Below, piece after piece: positions 17,501-24,856 of a DNA stretch of 25,112 bases. Position 1 is the first letter of the stretch. The number at the start of each line of letters is the position of its first letter. The translations under genes were made by a program, and so were the position numbers. Source of the stretch: a virus; the IMG/VR virus record IMGVR_UViG_3300032893_001950; one strand, given 5' to 3'. The notes under the pieces were generated by a model. The model was not told the DNA's origin. It made no database searches and saw only the letters and a program-made list of their open reading frames with translations.

Positions 17501-17794
17501 AAGACCAACGGTGTGAATGGGCACAAGAACGGCCACTCCGAGCAGCTTCAGCTGCCCATCGAGATGCCGCACCCTGCGGTAATCGAGTCAGTGATGACAA
17601 AGGCCCCGGAAGTGGTGTCCTTCTCGTCCACCGCGCACTTCCAGGCGTTCTCTACGGATCTGCTGGCGAAAGCGGCCTCGCCTTGGGCCAGTAGCAAGAA
17701 GAAGCTGGAGCAGTGCCCGAATTGTTCCAGCAAGAACATTGATCATGGGGCTGGCTGCGCCACCTGTGCAGATTGTGGTGGTAGTTTCTGCTGA
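14510..17794 (+). CDS. nrdJ: class II (adenosylcobalamin-dependent) ribonucleoside-triphosphate/diphosphate reductase NrdJ, interrupted by an intein
   Basis: SNGEPGLLF motif and the active-site NPC|GE motif split by the intein (ATNP-C...N-CGEQ). C-terminal Zn ribbon CPNCSS...CATCADCGG typical of monomeric class II RNR. Mature length about 729 aa after excision. Confidence 0.9.
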   Translation: MAEMQLTPNAMNVLKKQKYLHPKDDGGTESVQEMWSRVSVAVGAAEDIFVGESNSANRYTFEKEAYYYQSEGLFVANSPTMVNAGKKRGQLAACFVLPIEDDTHSIMQASHNQVMVQTSGGGTGFSGARLRCRNSLVGTTGKVSGGAMSVLRMLNANSQYFITQGAARNGANMWVQPCWHFDVLEFIDIKRYELRNLHHKLEAGIHLTDDERKFLEGGTDIKEFNISVAATDEFMELATNGDYTTENWPLKDPKDGRVVEWTNAASMLDRIIFRAWSNGEPGLLFIDAANRQNPTPQIGTLEATNPCLTGDTFIATDKGLLQLHDIVEHKLKVKVYGSDGQLQDIAKYVDSGVQKIFQIKTRSGAELYATSYHRWPTKDGEKQTHELQVGDKLSVFVNAKLEQNLNTEEYDAGLLLGWLIGDGYLSHMESKSRSAGIIVGKDDFDYIPLIQNLIEKATGQKASEHKRDEFSTVQLLSQRIWKWAVNDMGVIPHKAGDKEVPQCVMEGSQSMQRGFLKGLFSADGHVVHGNDSRVQVRLTSKSKALMDGVRILLTQVGVVSKVMDRSRPPREDLFKHVNKDGDTVWYGSDGVAYEVHVSGRSYLEQFARAVGFTQQTKTIKLTAAIESLTGRQMVDDSDPIISIEPAGVEHTYCLNVTPTHSMVANGINTLNCGEQWLLGDESCTLGHAVLSRFCREFLSDKKMPTTLAEVLPFIDLDKLRDCFKFITRFLDNVVQVNYYPVESIAKMHRDGNRKIGVGVLGWGDMLAKLHIRYGSELSLILAAHIGKLWQEATDEASIGLAKERGSFGNYKGSAVELQFPEGMRNACRRTVAPTGSTGIIVNASTGIEPIFGLVLTRNQAGSIMHEVHSFFQEVLDREVSKSYHEQIFNYFSVMKTLAGISKDKTFAGIVPEWIEQVFVQASDVSPTEHVAMQAAWQQHTDNSISKTINMPSSASENDVRTAYVQAWKSGCKGITVYRDGSRNNQVLTVGDKTNGVKKTNGVNGHKNGHSEQLQLPIEMPHPAVIESVMTKAPEVVSFSSTAHFQAFSTDLLAKAASPWASSKKKLEQCPNCSSKNIDHGAGCATCADCGGSFC
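15428..16522 (+). mobile_element. intein (365 aa) with LAGLIDADG homing-endonuclease domain inside nrdJ
   Basis: Starts CLTGDTFIA (block A) directly after ATNP. LAGLIDADG motifs LLGWLIGDGYL and KGLFSADGHV. Ends HSMVANGINTLN followed by the C-extein Cys of CGEQ. In frame; the insertion is 1095 nt. Confidence 0.8.
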
Positions 17795-17808
17795 CCGGGG
17801 AGGGGGAC

Positions 17809-18078
17809 ATGGCTGAGAAATTGCCCTATCACCATATCCTTGGGTTTGTTGAGGACAAGGATATGGAAGTACAGATGCGAGAGGCCCTGAAATCTAAGCC
17901 TCACGTTCGTGTCATCAATTTCTATTCACGTATCCTGGAAGACCTGCTCCTGGCGGCGAAGTACCGCACCGTCAGCCGCCCTACTGTGATTGTGCTCCAC
18001 AGTGACAAGGTGGTGGCCCGCCTTTGTAGAATACCGGATGCGGCCATGCTGGCACATCTTGAGCCCGCAATAGGTTAA
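17809..18078 (+). CDS. hypothetical protein
   Basis: Very strong SD (GGGAGGGGG) upstream of ATG. 89-aa ORF. Confidence 0.6.
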   Translation: MAEKLPYHHILGFVEDKDMEVQMREALKSKPHVRVINFYSRILEDLLLAAKYRTVSRPTVIVLHSDKVVARLCRIPDAAMLAHLEPAIG

Positions 18079-18081
18079 TCC

Positions 18082-18108
18082 GCACGGGTCCGTTGGTTAG
18101 ACCCGTGC
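18082..18108 (+). promoter_or_regulatory. stable hairpin GCACGGGTC-loop-GACCCGTGC (9 bp) upstream of the purA-like gene; no U-tract
   Basis: Perfect 9-bp inverted repeat with a 9-nt loop in the 61-nt intergenic gap. Confidence 0.3.
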
Positions 18109-18139
18109 ACAGGACCCACAATCGCACGGAGCATAACAC

Positions 18140-19546
18140 ATGGCCAAGGGCAAGAGCGTCACGGTAGTGGTGGGGATGCAGTATGGATCAGAGGCCAAGG
18201 GCAAACTGATCTCAGTGATCGCTCACGAGTACCAGATGCTCGTCCGCACGGGCTCAGTAAACGCGGCCCACACGGTCTACTTCGAAGGGAAGGCCTACCC
18301 CTGGCACCAGCTCCCGGCCGGCACCCTTCACATGATGAAGCGGAACCCGGAGTCCATCATCGTCCTGGGTGCTGGGTCACAGCTTGACCTGCACTACCTG
18401 GAGCGGGAGGTCAAGTGGCTCCAGGAGCATGGAGTCCTCTTCTTTGAGGGAACGAAGGTTCCCCGCCTGCTCATCGACAACATGGCCACGGTGATCGACG
18501 AGTTCGACACCTTCGCAGAGAACGGCTACGCCAATGTCTGCGGGCCGCAGTGGTACAAGCCCACTACCTGCCAGTACCACAACGGCGACAAGGGACCGGA
18601 CGGGGCGACCAAGGCGAAGGGCGGCTGTACCGGGTGCTCGCTCTACCCCGCCGACTCCATGCACCGGACCCTGGGTTCCACCACCCACGGGTCGGGCATG
18701 AACATGATCCGCAAGCTGGCTCGTCGCGGTAACATCGTGATGGGCCGCGAGAACCTGACCTTCGAGCAGTTCGTGGAGGGCATGGCCATCGACCAGATGT
18801 TGAAGGACGACATTGGGCCTGCCATCAAGGGAGTGATGGCCCAGGCCTACGAAATCTATGGCAAGCGTATCGCTCTCAAGGCGCCGCCGGTCAAGCTCGT
18901 GTCAGACATCAAGGACACGGAGATCGCGGGCGTGAAGCTCGGTGCCTTCCTGGCCGACACCGTGGACGCCATCAACACCTACATCGATGCCGGCAAGAAG
19001 GTAATGCTGGAGGGTACGCAGGGCGCGATGCTCTCTGTCCACCACGGCACCTGGCCCAAGACCACCAGCCGCGACACCAACGCCTCCAACTGGTGCATGG
19101 AGGCCGGCGTCGCCCCGACTGCTGTGGAGAAGGTCATCGGCGTGGCCCGTACCTTCCCGATCCGGGTGGCCGGCGATTCTGGGCCCACCAGCGGGAAGGA
19201 AATCACCTGGAAGGACGTCTCCGAGTTCGCGGGCGTGCCCTACACCCACAACGATGATCCCACCCAGATCAAGGGCCTCATCGAGATCACCACCGCCACC
19301 AAGCGGGTGCGCCGGGTCTTCGAGTTCGGGGACGAGGACTTCCTCAAGGCGATGCAACTGAATCGCCCCGACGAGCTGATGCTCACCTTCGTGGACTACC
19401 TGGGCATCGAGAATGCTGGCAAGCGTGACTGGAACGAACTCACGCCCAAGGCCCGTGAGTGGGTCATCAAGAAGGAAGCCTCCCTTGGTGTCCACTTCAG
19501 GTACCTGTCCACCGGTCCTGGCGACCAAGAACTCATCGTCCGCTAA
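18140..19546 (+). CDS. adenylosuccinate synthetase family enzyme (PurA/PurZ-like), divergent
   Basis: Alignable end to end with PurA. P-loop [14 protein letters not shown] matches VVVLGTQWGDEGKGK. Also NAAH (His41 region), GSTTHGSG (GTTGRGIGP), [19 protein letters not shown] ([20 protein letters not shown]), [14 protein letters not shown] (TTGRRRRTGWLD) and LSTGPGDQE (ISTGPDRTE). Deviations: Asp13 replaced by Ser, TKLD replaced by TFVD, and a Cys4 insertion (C-x9-C-x17-C-x2-C). Confidence 0.85.
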   Translation: MAKGKSVTVVVGMQYGSEAKGKLISVIAHEYQMLVRTGSVNAAHTVYFEGKAYPWHQLPAGTLHMMKRNPESIIVLGAGSQLDLHYLEREVKWLQEHGVLFFEGTKVPRLLIDNMATVIDEFDTFAENGYANVCGPQWYKPTTCQYHNGDKGPDGATKAKGGCTGCSLYPADSMHRTLGSTTHGSGMNMIRKLARRGNIVMGRENLTFEQFVEGMAIDQMLKDDIGPAIKGVMAQAYEIYGKRIALKAPPVKLVSDIKDTEIAGVKLGAFLADTVDAINTYIDAGKKVMLEGTQGAMLSVHHGTWPKTTSRDTNASNWCMEAGVAPTAVEKVIGVARTFPIRVAGDSGPTSGKEITWKDVSEFAGVPYTHNDDPTQIKGLIEITTATKRVRRVFEFGDEDFLKAMQLNRPDELMLTFVDYLGIENAGKRDWNELTPKAREWVIKKEASLGVHFRYLSTGPGDQELIVR

Positions 19547-19806
19547 TGGGAATCGAAATCATGAACAACTTCGGCTGGGCAGTCGAGCGACTCAAGGATG
19601 GGTGTGCCGTCGCCCGTAAGGGCTGGAACGGCAAGGGCATGTGGATCGCCCTACAGCGCCCAGATGCCAACTCCAAGATGACCCTGCCATATACCTACAT
19701 GAGCACCGTGACCGGAGACCTGGTCCCGTGGCTAGCCTCTCAGACCGACATCCTCGCTGAGGACTGGGAGCTGGTTAAGGGACCCACACCCTACTCAGGT
19801 AAGTAG
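19546..19806 (+). CDS. DUF2829-like small protein (possible Tad2-like nucleotide sponge); alternative start ATG 19561
   Basis: TAATG overlap with the purA-like stop. [34 protein letters not shown]...[19 protein letters not shown] matches the recalled DUF2829 signature (GWNGKG, pW..sq.D.LA.DWE). Confidence 0.6.
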   Translation: MGIEIMNNFGWAVERLKDGCAVARKGWNGKGMWIALQRPDANSKMTLPYTYMSTVTGDLVPWLASQTDILAEDWELVKGPTPYSGK

Positions 19807-19816
19807 GAGGCGATGT

Positions 19817-19844
19817 CAGGGTAGCGTGCTATCCTGTCTTTGCT
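19817..19844 (+). terminator. candidate terminator (CAGGGTAGC-gtg-GCTATCCTG then TCTTTGCT)
   Basis: 8/9-bp stem, 3-nt loop, U-rich tail, 11 nt after the stop at 19806. Confidence 0.35.
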
Positions 19845-19974
19845 GGACCAGCAGTTGCAGCACGAACACCGTAGCACCCTCACGCCAAGCCAATACCGCA
19901 CAAACACGACAAGCACTACTGTAAACGACAGCGCGTAAGGCAAACCTCACAACCACAACAAGGACAACTGAACC

Positions 19975-20901
19975 ATGGGATTCCTAAGCGAAACCGGCAA
20001 CTCCATCTACCTCGCACTGAAGGAAACGATCCAGACCGGGCGCCCGCTGGCGAAGAAGCCTCAGTCGGTCTGGACCCACCAGATCCCGGAAGTCTTCACC
20101 ATGGACGACCGTCTGCCCGGGACGAAGCTAATCCTTCGCCCCTACGGGACGGCGCCCTGCATCGCCACCGCTCGCAACAAGAGCGCTTGCTGGCACTGCA
20201 ACAACACCGACCCTCTATGGCACCAGCTCGCCCCCGATCAGCAGGTCGCCACGGGCGGCAAGTACAAGGGTCAGCGTGTGGACTTCAGCAAGAAGGTGGT
20301 CCACCTCCTGCCCATGTACAACCACACCGAGGGCAAGACCCAGATCCTGAAGAGCGGCAACCAGGTCTTCAAGGAGATGGAGAAGTGGGACGAGGCCGGG
20401 AACGACATCCGTGGCTGCGACTGGGACCTCTGGAAGAAGGGGACCTTCCGTAACACGGAGAACTTCTCGACCCGCAAGGACTCGACCCAGACCCTCCCCC
20501 TGGACCTCGCCGCCTACGAGGAAGAGGCCAAGGCCATCCTCCGGCAGGCCCTGGATGACCTCAAGCCGCTCAGCGCCGAAGAGTACGCCAAGCATGCTCA
20601 CGGCGTGAGCAAGGAAGAGGCCATCGAGGCGGCGAAGAAGAAGGCCGCTTCCGCGACGACCGCTGCTCCGGCGATGGGCCTCCCCGCCGCCCCGTCCTCG
20701 TCCGGTGCGCTCCCGCCCGCTCCTGCCATGGGCTCGATGCCGGCGCTCCCGCCTCCGCCGCCTCCCCCGGTGGCAGCTGTGGACAACCGGCTCATGCAGC
20801 CGCTGAAGTTCTCGGACGACAAGCACTACGTCCTGCTCGCCACCAACCAGTGGAAGCTGGTTGCGGAGGCGAAGCGCGAAGGGTACGTAGGCCTGCCGTA
20901 G
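19975..20901 (+). CDS. putative ssDNA-binding protein, T4 gp32-like (tentative), with C-terminal Ala/Pro-rich linker (PPPPPPP) and small C-terminal domain
   Basis: C-x9-C-x2-C (CIATARNKSACWHC) has the same spacing as the gp32 Zn site (C77-x9-C87-x2-C90). KLILRPYG resembles gp32 AVIRFLPS. EGKTQILKSGNQVFKEMEKW resembles gp32 EGKVFKYRFGKKIWDKI. CA-rich leader with AAGGA SD. Confidence 0.55.
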   Translation: MGFLSETGNSIYLALKETIQTGRPLAKKPQSVWTHQIPEVFTMDDRLPGTKLILRPYGTAPCIATARNKSACWHCNNTDPLWHQLAPDQQVATGGKYKGQRVDFSKKVVHLLPMYNHTEGKTQILKSGNQVFKEMEKWDEAGNDIRGCDWDLWKKGTFRNTENFSTRKDSTQTLPLDLAAYEEEAKAILRQALDDLKPLSAEEYAKHAHGVSKEEAIEAAKKKAASATTAAPAMGLPAAPSSSGALPPAPAMGSMPALPPPPPPPVAAVDNRLMQPLKFSDDKHYVLLATNQWKLVAEAKREGYVGLP

Positions 20902-20924
20902 TTCAGCCGTTATAACCATCCACA

Positions 20925-20960
20925 GCGCCGGGAGTGTTCTGCTCCCGGCGCATTTACTTG
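20925..20960 (+). terminator. Rho-independent terminator (GCGCCGGGAG-tgttctg-CTCCCGGCGC then ATTTACTTGG)
   Basis: Perfect 10-bp GC stem, 7-nt loop, T-rich tail, 24 nt after the stop at 20901. Confidence 0.55.
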
Positions 20961-20975
20961 GGGAGTACCCAAATC

Positions 20976-22187
20976 ATGAAGACTTGGTCGATTGACATCA
21001 CCTTCAAGGGCACCGACGAGGCTGTCCATGATGCGGTGAAGAAGCTCGCCAACGAGTTCGCAACCAAGACCCTGTCCACCCACGTTCTCATCAGTGCCGG
21101 CGTCGGCAGCCAGCAGGAATGGGAAGGTAAGGTCCCGGCCCCAGGGCCGAAGGTCATACCTGAGCCGATCATCGAGAATGTGGACAACACGCCAGTGGTC
21201 GAGGCCGAGGTGGTTCCACCGAGCGAGGTGAAGAAGCTCAGCAGCTCCACCGCCCAGGCCCAATTCGAGGTGGTGGAGGTCAAGGCCGAGCCAGTCGCGC
21301 CACCGGTCCAGGCGGCACCGCCACCGCCGCCACCGCCGCCACCGCCCGTCCCGGCGTCTCCGCCGGTTCCGGACGCGCCCGCCGCTGCCGCCCCGCCACC
21401 GCCGCCACCCGCGCCCGTGCAGAACACGGCGCCGGCTCCTGTCGAAGTGTCGGCCACCCCGTCTGGTGGCATCGAGGCAGACAAGGCCATCGTGATGTCG
21501 GAAGGCAAGTACAAGGGCAAGACCCTCGGATGGGTCGCGGAGAATGACTCAAAGTACTTCACCTTCATGAAGTCCTACACCAAGGACGAGGCCATCAAGG
21601 CGGCCACCGATCGCATCAAGCTCGCCATGAAGGCTGGCGCCATCACCACTTCGGCCCCGACCGAGGCCCCGCCTCCGCCGCCTCCCCCAGTGGCTGGCGC
21701 GGCTGTGCCTCCACCCCCGCCCGCTCCCGTCACTCCTGAAGTGGCCGCACCCCCGCCTCCTCCACCCCCGCCTCCTGCCCCGGCGGCTGCAGCGGCTCCC
21801 CCTCCGCCGCCTCCTGCTCCTGCTGCGGTGGCCGCGCCTCCTCCCCCTCCGCCGCCCGCCCCAGCCCCTGCGGCCGAGCCCACCCCACCTGCCACGCCGG
21901 CTCCTGTCGCCGCTGCACCGGTCGATTCCAAGGCTCAAGTCGTCGCGGTTCAGGACCTGTCCAACTACATCAATTCGCAGCCCGAGTTCAAGGGTGCGAA
22001 CATGGTGAAGAACCTCATCCCGCTGCTTCGCGGTGTGATGAACGGGACCCTCGACTACACGGACAAGGACATCCCGACGCTTCAGAAGATTCGAGCGGTC
22101 GTGGACGCGTGGCTCACCACTGCCCGTAATAGGGCTCCGTCGGCCCCTCCGCCGCCCCCTCCGATGCCCACCGCGCCGACTGCCTAA
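20976..22187 (+). CDS. proline-rich multidomain protein with six polyproline (PPPPPPP-type) / Ala-Pro linker tracts
   Basis: ATG 20976 with GGGGAG SD; the track start 20934 lies inside the terminator hairpin. Three apparently folded segments separated by APPPPPPPPPPPVPASPPVP, APPPPPPAP, EAPPPPPPPVAGAAVPPPPPAP, AAPPPPPPPPPAPAAAAAPPPPPPAPAAVAAPPPPPPPAP and a C-terminal SAPPPPPPMP tract. Confidence 0.7.
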   Translation: MKTWSIDITFKGTDEAVHDAVKKLANEFATKTLSTHVLISAGVGSQQEWEGKVPAPGPKVIPEPIIENVDNTPVVEAEVVPPSEVKKLSSSTAQAQFEVVEVKAEPVAPPVQAAPPPPPPPPPPVPASPPVPDAPAAAAPPPPPPAPVQNTAPAPVEVSATPSGGIEADKAIVMSEGKYKGKTLGWVAENDSKYFTFMKSYTKDEAIKAATDRIKLAMKAGAITTSAPTEAPPPPPPPVAGAAVPPPPPAPVTPEVAAPPPPPPPPPAPAAAAAPPPPPPAPAAVAAPPPPPPPAPAPAAEPTPPATPAPVAAAPVDSKAQVVAVQDLSNYINSQPEFKGANMVKNLIPLLRGVMNGTLDYTDKDIPTLQKIRAVVDAWLTTARNRAPSAPPPPPPMPTAPTA

Positions 22188-22196
22188 GGACCAAAC

Positions 22197-23396
22197 ATGG
22201 CCCGCCCAGACAAGGACAAGGAAAAGAAGCTAAAGCCCCTCATCCTGGAGGGGAAACTCCCGACCGATGCCAAGGGCATCAAGGCATTCCTCAACAAGAC
22301 CTTGGGGACTGCCGACTCACCGCTCAACATCGCAGGGACAGGCGCAGACCTGGAAAGCCCCGAAGTCATGAAGGGGGTCGTCGTCCACCCCACTGGCATC
22401 CTCGGACTCGATCGCTACCTAGGGATTGGAGGATTCCTGGGTGGACGCATCCTGGATGTCTTCGGGTGGGAGGGCACGGGTAAGACCCTCACTGCCCTCA
22501 TGATCGGGGCCTTCTTCCAGTCAGTGGGGAAGCGGGTCGCCTTCGTGGACGCTGAGGGCACCCTCTCGCCCCAGATGGCAAGGTCGGTGGGCGTCAACCT
22601 GGATGAACTCATCATCATCCAGTCAACGCCAGAGAAGGTGATGATGGGCGAAGACTACCTGGAGGCAGTCAAGTTACTGCTCCAGCTCGGCGTCGAGTTC
22701 ATCATCGTGGACTCGGTGCCTGCGCTCGTGCCCGGCATGACCATGCAGAAGAAGATTGGTGAGGGGCAGAAGTCGGTACAGGCCCAGATGATGTCCGAGG
22801 GCCTGCAGCAGATGATACCGCTCCTGACCAGCAAGAAGACTTCGTGCGTCTACTTCATCAACCAGATGCGCGGCGTCCCAATGGCCATGTTCGGTCCATC
22901 CGAGAAAGAAACCGGCGGTAACGCCCTGAAGTTCTACGCCTCGGTCCGTCTGGGTGTGAGGAAGAAGGAAGACATTATCGAGAAGATCCAGATGCCAGAT
23001 GGGCGGATCGTCGAGACCCAGCTAGGCGTCCGCAACGTCTACACCTTGGAGAAGAACAAGACGGCTATCATACCAATTGATAGCCTGGAGCTGGACGTTT
23101 ATTTCCAGCCGAAGTGGGGAGACCGGTGGGTCCTTCACAACGGCACGGAAATCATGCCCGGCGTGGACGTAATGAAGGACATGGTGGAGGTCGGTGTCAA
23201 CAACGGCGTCATCAAACAGGAGTCGTCTTGGTTCACCTTCGGGTCGCACAAGTGCAATGGCAAGGCGGCACTTGCCAACGCCCTGAAGGCCGACGCCGTG
23301 GCGCAGGTGATCCTCCGAGAACAGGTGCTCTCCGCAGGCTCGCTGAAGCCGACCCCACCCCCGGAGGAAGAGGCCAAGAAGGGCAAGAAAGCCTAG
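22197..23396 (+). CDS. recA: RecA recombinase (bacterial RecA type, extended N-terminus)
   Basis: [15 protein letters not shown] (Walker A), [55 protein letters not shown] (near-identical to E. coli RecA [33 protein letters not shown]). AAGGA SD. Confidence 0.9.
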   Translation: [399 protein letters not shown]

Positions 23397-23405
23397 TAAG
23401 ACGGT

Positions 23406-23879
23406 ATGTCCTCTAAGTCTGTATCTGTCGATGTCCTTGAGTGGCCTAATGTCAAGCAGGTCAACCTCCAGCCAGGCGATCATCTGGAGTTCGGCATGCC
23501 ACAGACAGGATCTCTGTCGATGGCTTTCAGGACGGACCCGGGAACGAGGGTTGAGCTAGCGCTCGTAGATTCAAGCAAAACTCGTGGCACCAACCGAGAT
23601 GCCGTTGCGACCGCCGAGTTGCAGCGGCTTCTCGGTGTTTGGTGCTGCTGTAGATCTGCGCATCCATTCCCGACGTACGAGCTACCGTGCCCAATCCACA
23701 ATACCCGTGAGCTAGCGAACTCGATTCGGTCTGCTATTGGTGATATGAATGAGCTAAGAGGCAAACTAGACAATGCCCAAAAGAAAATCGAAGACCCGCT
23801 CGCGGACTGGGATACAGCTAAACTCATCTCTGAGCTACGCGACCGCGACGACGCCTCTGATATCAAACAGGCGTTATGA
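23406..23879 (+). CDS. hypothetical protein
   Basis: ATG 9 nt after the recA stop. 157-aa ORF with C-terminal coiled-coil-like segment. Lower-GC island. Confidence 0.5.
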   Translation: MSSKSVSVDVLEWPNVKQVNLQPGDHLEFGMPQTGSLSMAFRTDPGTRVELALVDSSKTRGTNRDAVATAELQRLLGVWCCCRSAHPFPTYELPCPIHNTRELANSIRSAIGDMNELRGKLDNAQKKIEDPLADWDTAKLISELRDRDDASDIKQAL

Positions 23880-23886
23880 GGGTAAG

Positions 23887-24084
23887 TTGGAGGGGATCCA
23901 AATCATCCACGAGCAGTTTTTCTTAAAACATTTGATGCCTGGTGATTGTATAGAGGCGTGTGGGTTTAAAGCGATTGCGAAACAGACGTCATCAATAGAT
24001 ACCGTCACACGGCTATTTGTTGGCAACAAAATGGGCGCATACTTTTGGGACTCAACCACTGGTGAGTTGCTCGATGAACTCTGA
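23887..24084 (+). CDS. possible small protein (TTG start)
   Basis: Residual part of track ORF 23773..24084 after the upstream gene ends. TTG with GAGGG SD. Weak. Confidence 0.25.
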   Translation: MEGIQIIHEQFFLKHLMPGDCIEACGFKAIAKQTSSIDTVTRLFVGNKMGAYFWDSTTGELLDEL

Positions 24085-24856
24085 CGACATCGACTGCAAA
24101 AAGTGTGATGGTGAGAAGCGGATCCTTGTCCCCATCAAGCCTGCGGAGGATGAGAAGAAGGTATTCATACTCGTAAGTCAGGTACCCAAAGAAGCATACA
24201 ATAAGAAGACCAAGAAGTACACCTATGGTGGCAGAGAGTGGAAGGAAGTCCTTTGTCCAAGGTGCAATGGGCGTGGAACAGAACTACCCAACAAGAATCG
24301 CAATAACTCCAAGCGCGGCAAGGGGTTTGAGCGACGCGTTGGGGCCGACTTCAAGAAGTGGTGGCAGCAGATTGAGCCAGATTGCGACTTTCAGCGCACG
24401 CCCTCGTCTGGAGGGTCCGCACTAGCTGAGGGTTGGGGCCTCTATGGCGACCTTTGCACCAACTCAAAGACTTTCCCCTTCCATCTCGAATGTAAGTTAG
24501 AGAAGATCTGGGACTTCGAGGATTTCTTCACCCCAAAAGGTGGCCGTATTGGGGCCTATATCAAGCAGTCGCTAGCAGATTGCCCGTTGGGGAAGATCCC
24601 AATGGTGATCTTCTGCCATCCGGGCCCTAGCCAACGGGCCTACGTGATGCTTGTGGTTAAGCATGAGTGGCAATTGTTTCTGCTCGCCATTTTAGAGGCA
24701 GTGACACAGAACTATCGTAACTTCCACGTGACACTACCATGCGGAGAGTCGTCCATCTTCGCTGTTGTGCTCCCACTCGAAACGTTGCTGAGCATTAGCC
24801 CTTCAGCGTGGCGTGACGCCGGGGCTGCATTGGCCCGGGGCCTGGGAATCAAATGA
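24074..24856 (+). CDS. PD-(D/E)xK nuclease, Hjc-like putative Holliday-junction resolvase with N-terminal Zn ribbon
   Basis: N-terminus CKKCDG...CPRCNG (C-x2-C...C-x2-C). Core KGKGFERRV...RTPSSGGS...GDLCTN...LECK matches Hjc-type motifs (G-F-E-R, S-x-G-S, D, E-x-K). ATG overlaps the upstream stop. Position just downstream of recA. Confidence 0.5.
   Translation: MNSDDIDCKKCDGEKRILVPIKPAEDEKKVFILVSQVPKEAYNKKTKKYTYGGREWKEVLCPRCNGRGTELPNKNRNNSKRGKGFERRVGADFKKWWQQIEPDCDFQRTPSSGGSALAEGWGLYGDLCTNSKTFPFHLECKLEKIWDFEDFFTPKGGRIGAYIKQSLADCPLGKIPMVIFCHPGPSQRAYVMLVVKHEWQLFLLAILEAVTQNYRNFHVTLPCGESSIFAVVLPLETLLSISPSAWRDAGAALARGLGIK

Noticed and set aside
17809-18078. Thioredoxin/glutaredoxin-like partner of NrdJ
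   Set aside because: The INFYSRILEDL ... PTVIVLHSDKVV pattern loosely echoes a Trx fold, but the CxxC is absent and the spacing is too short, so it is left as hypothetical.
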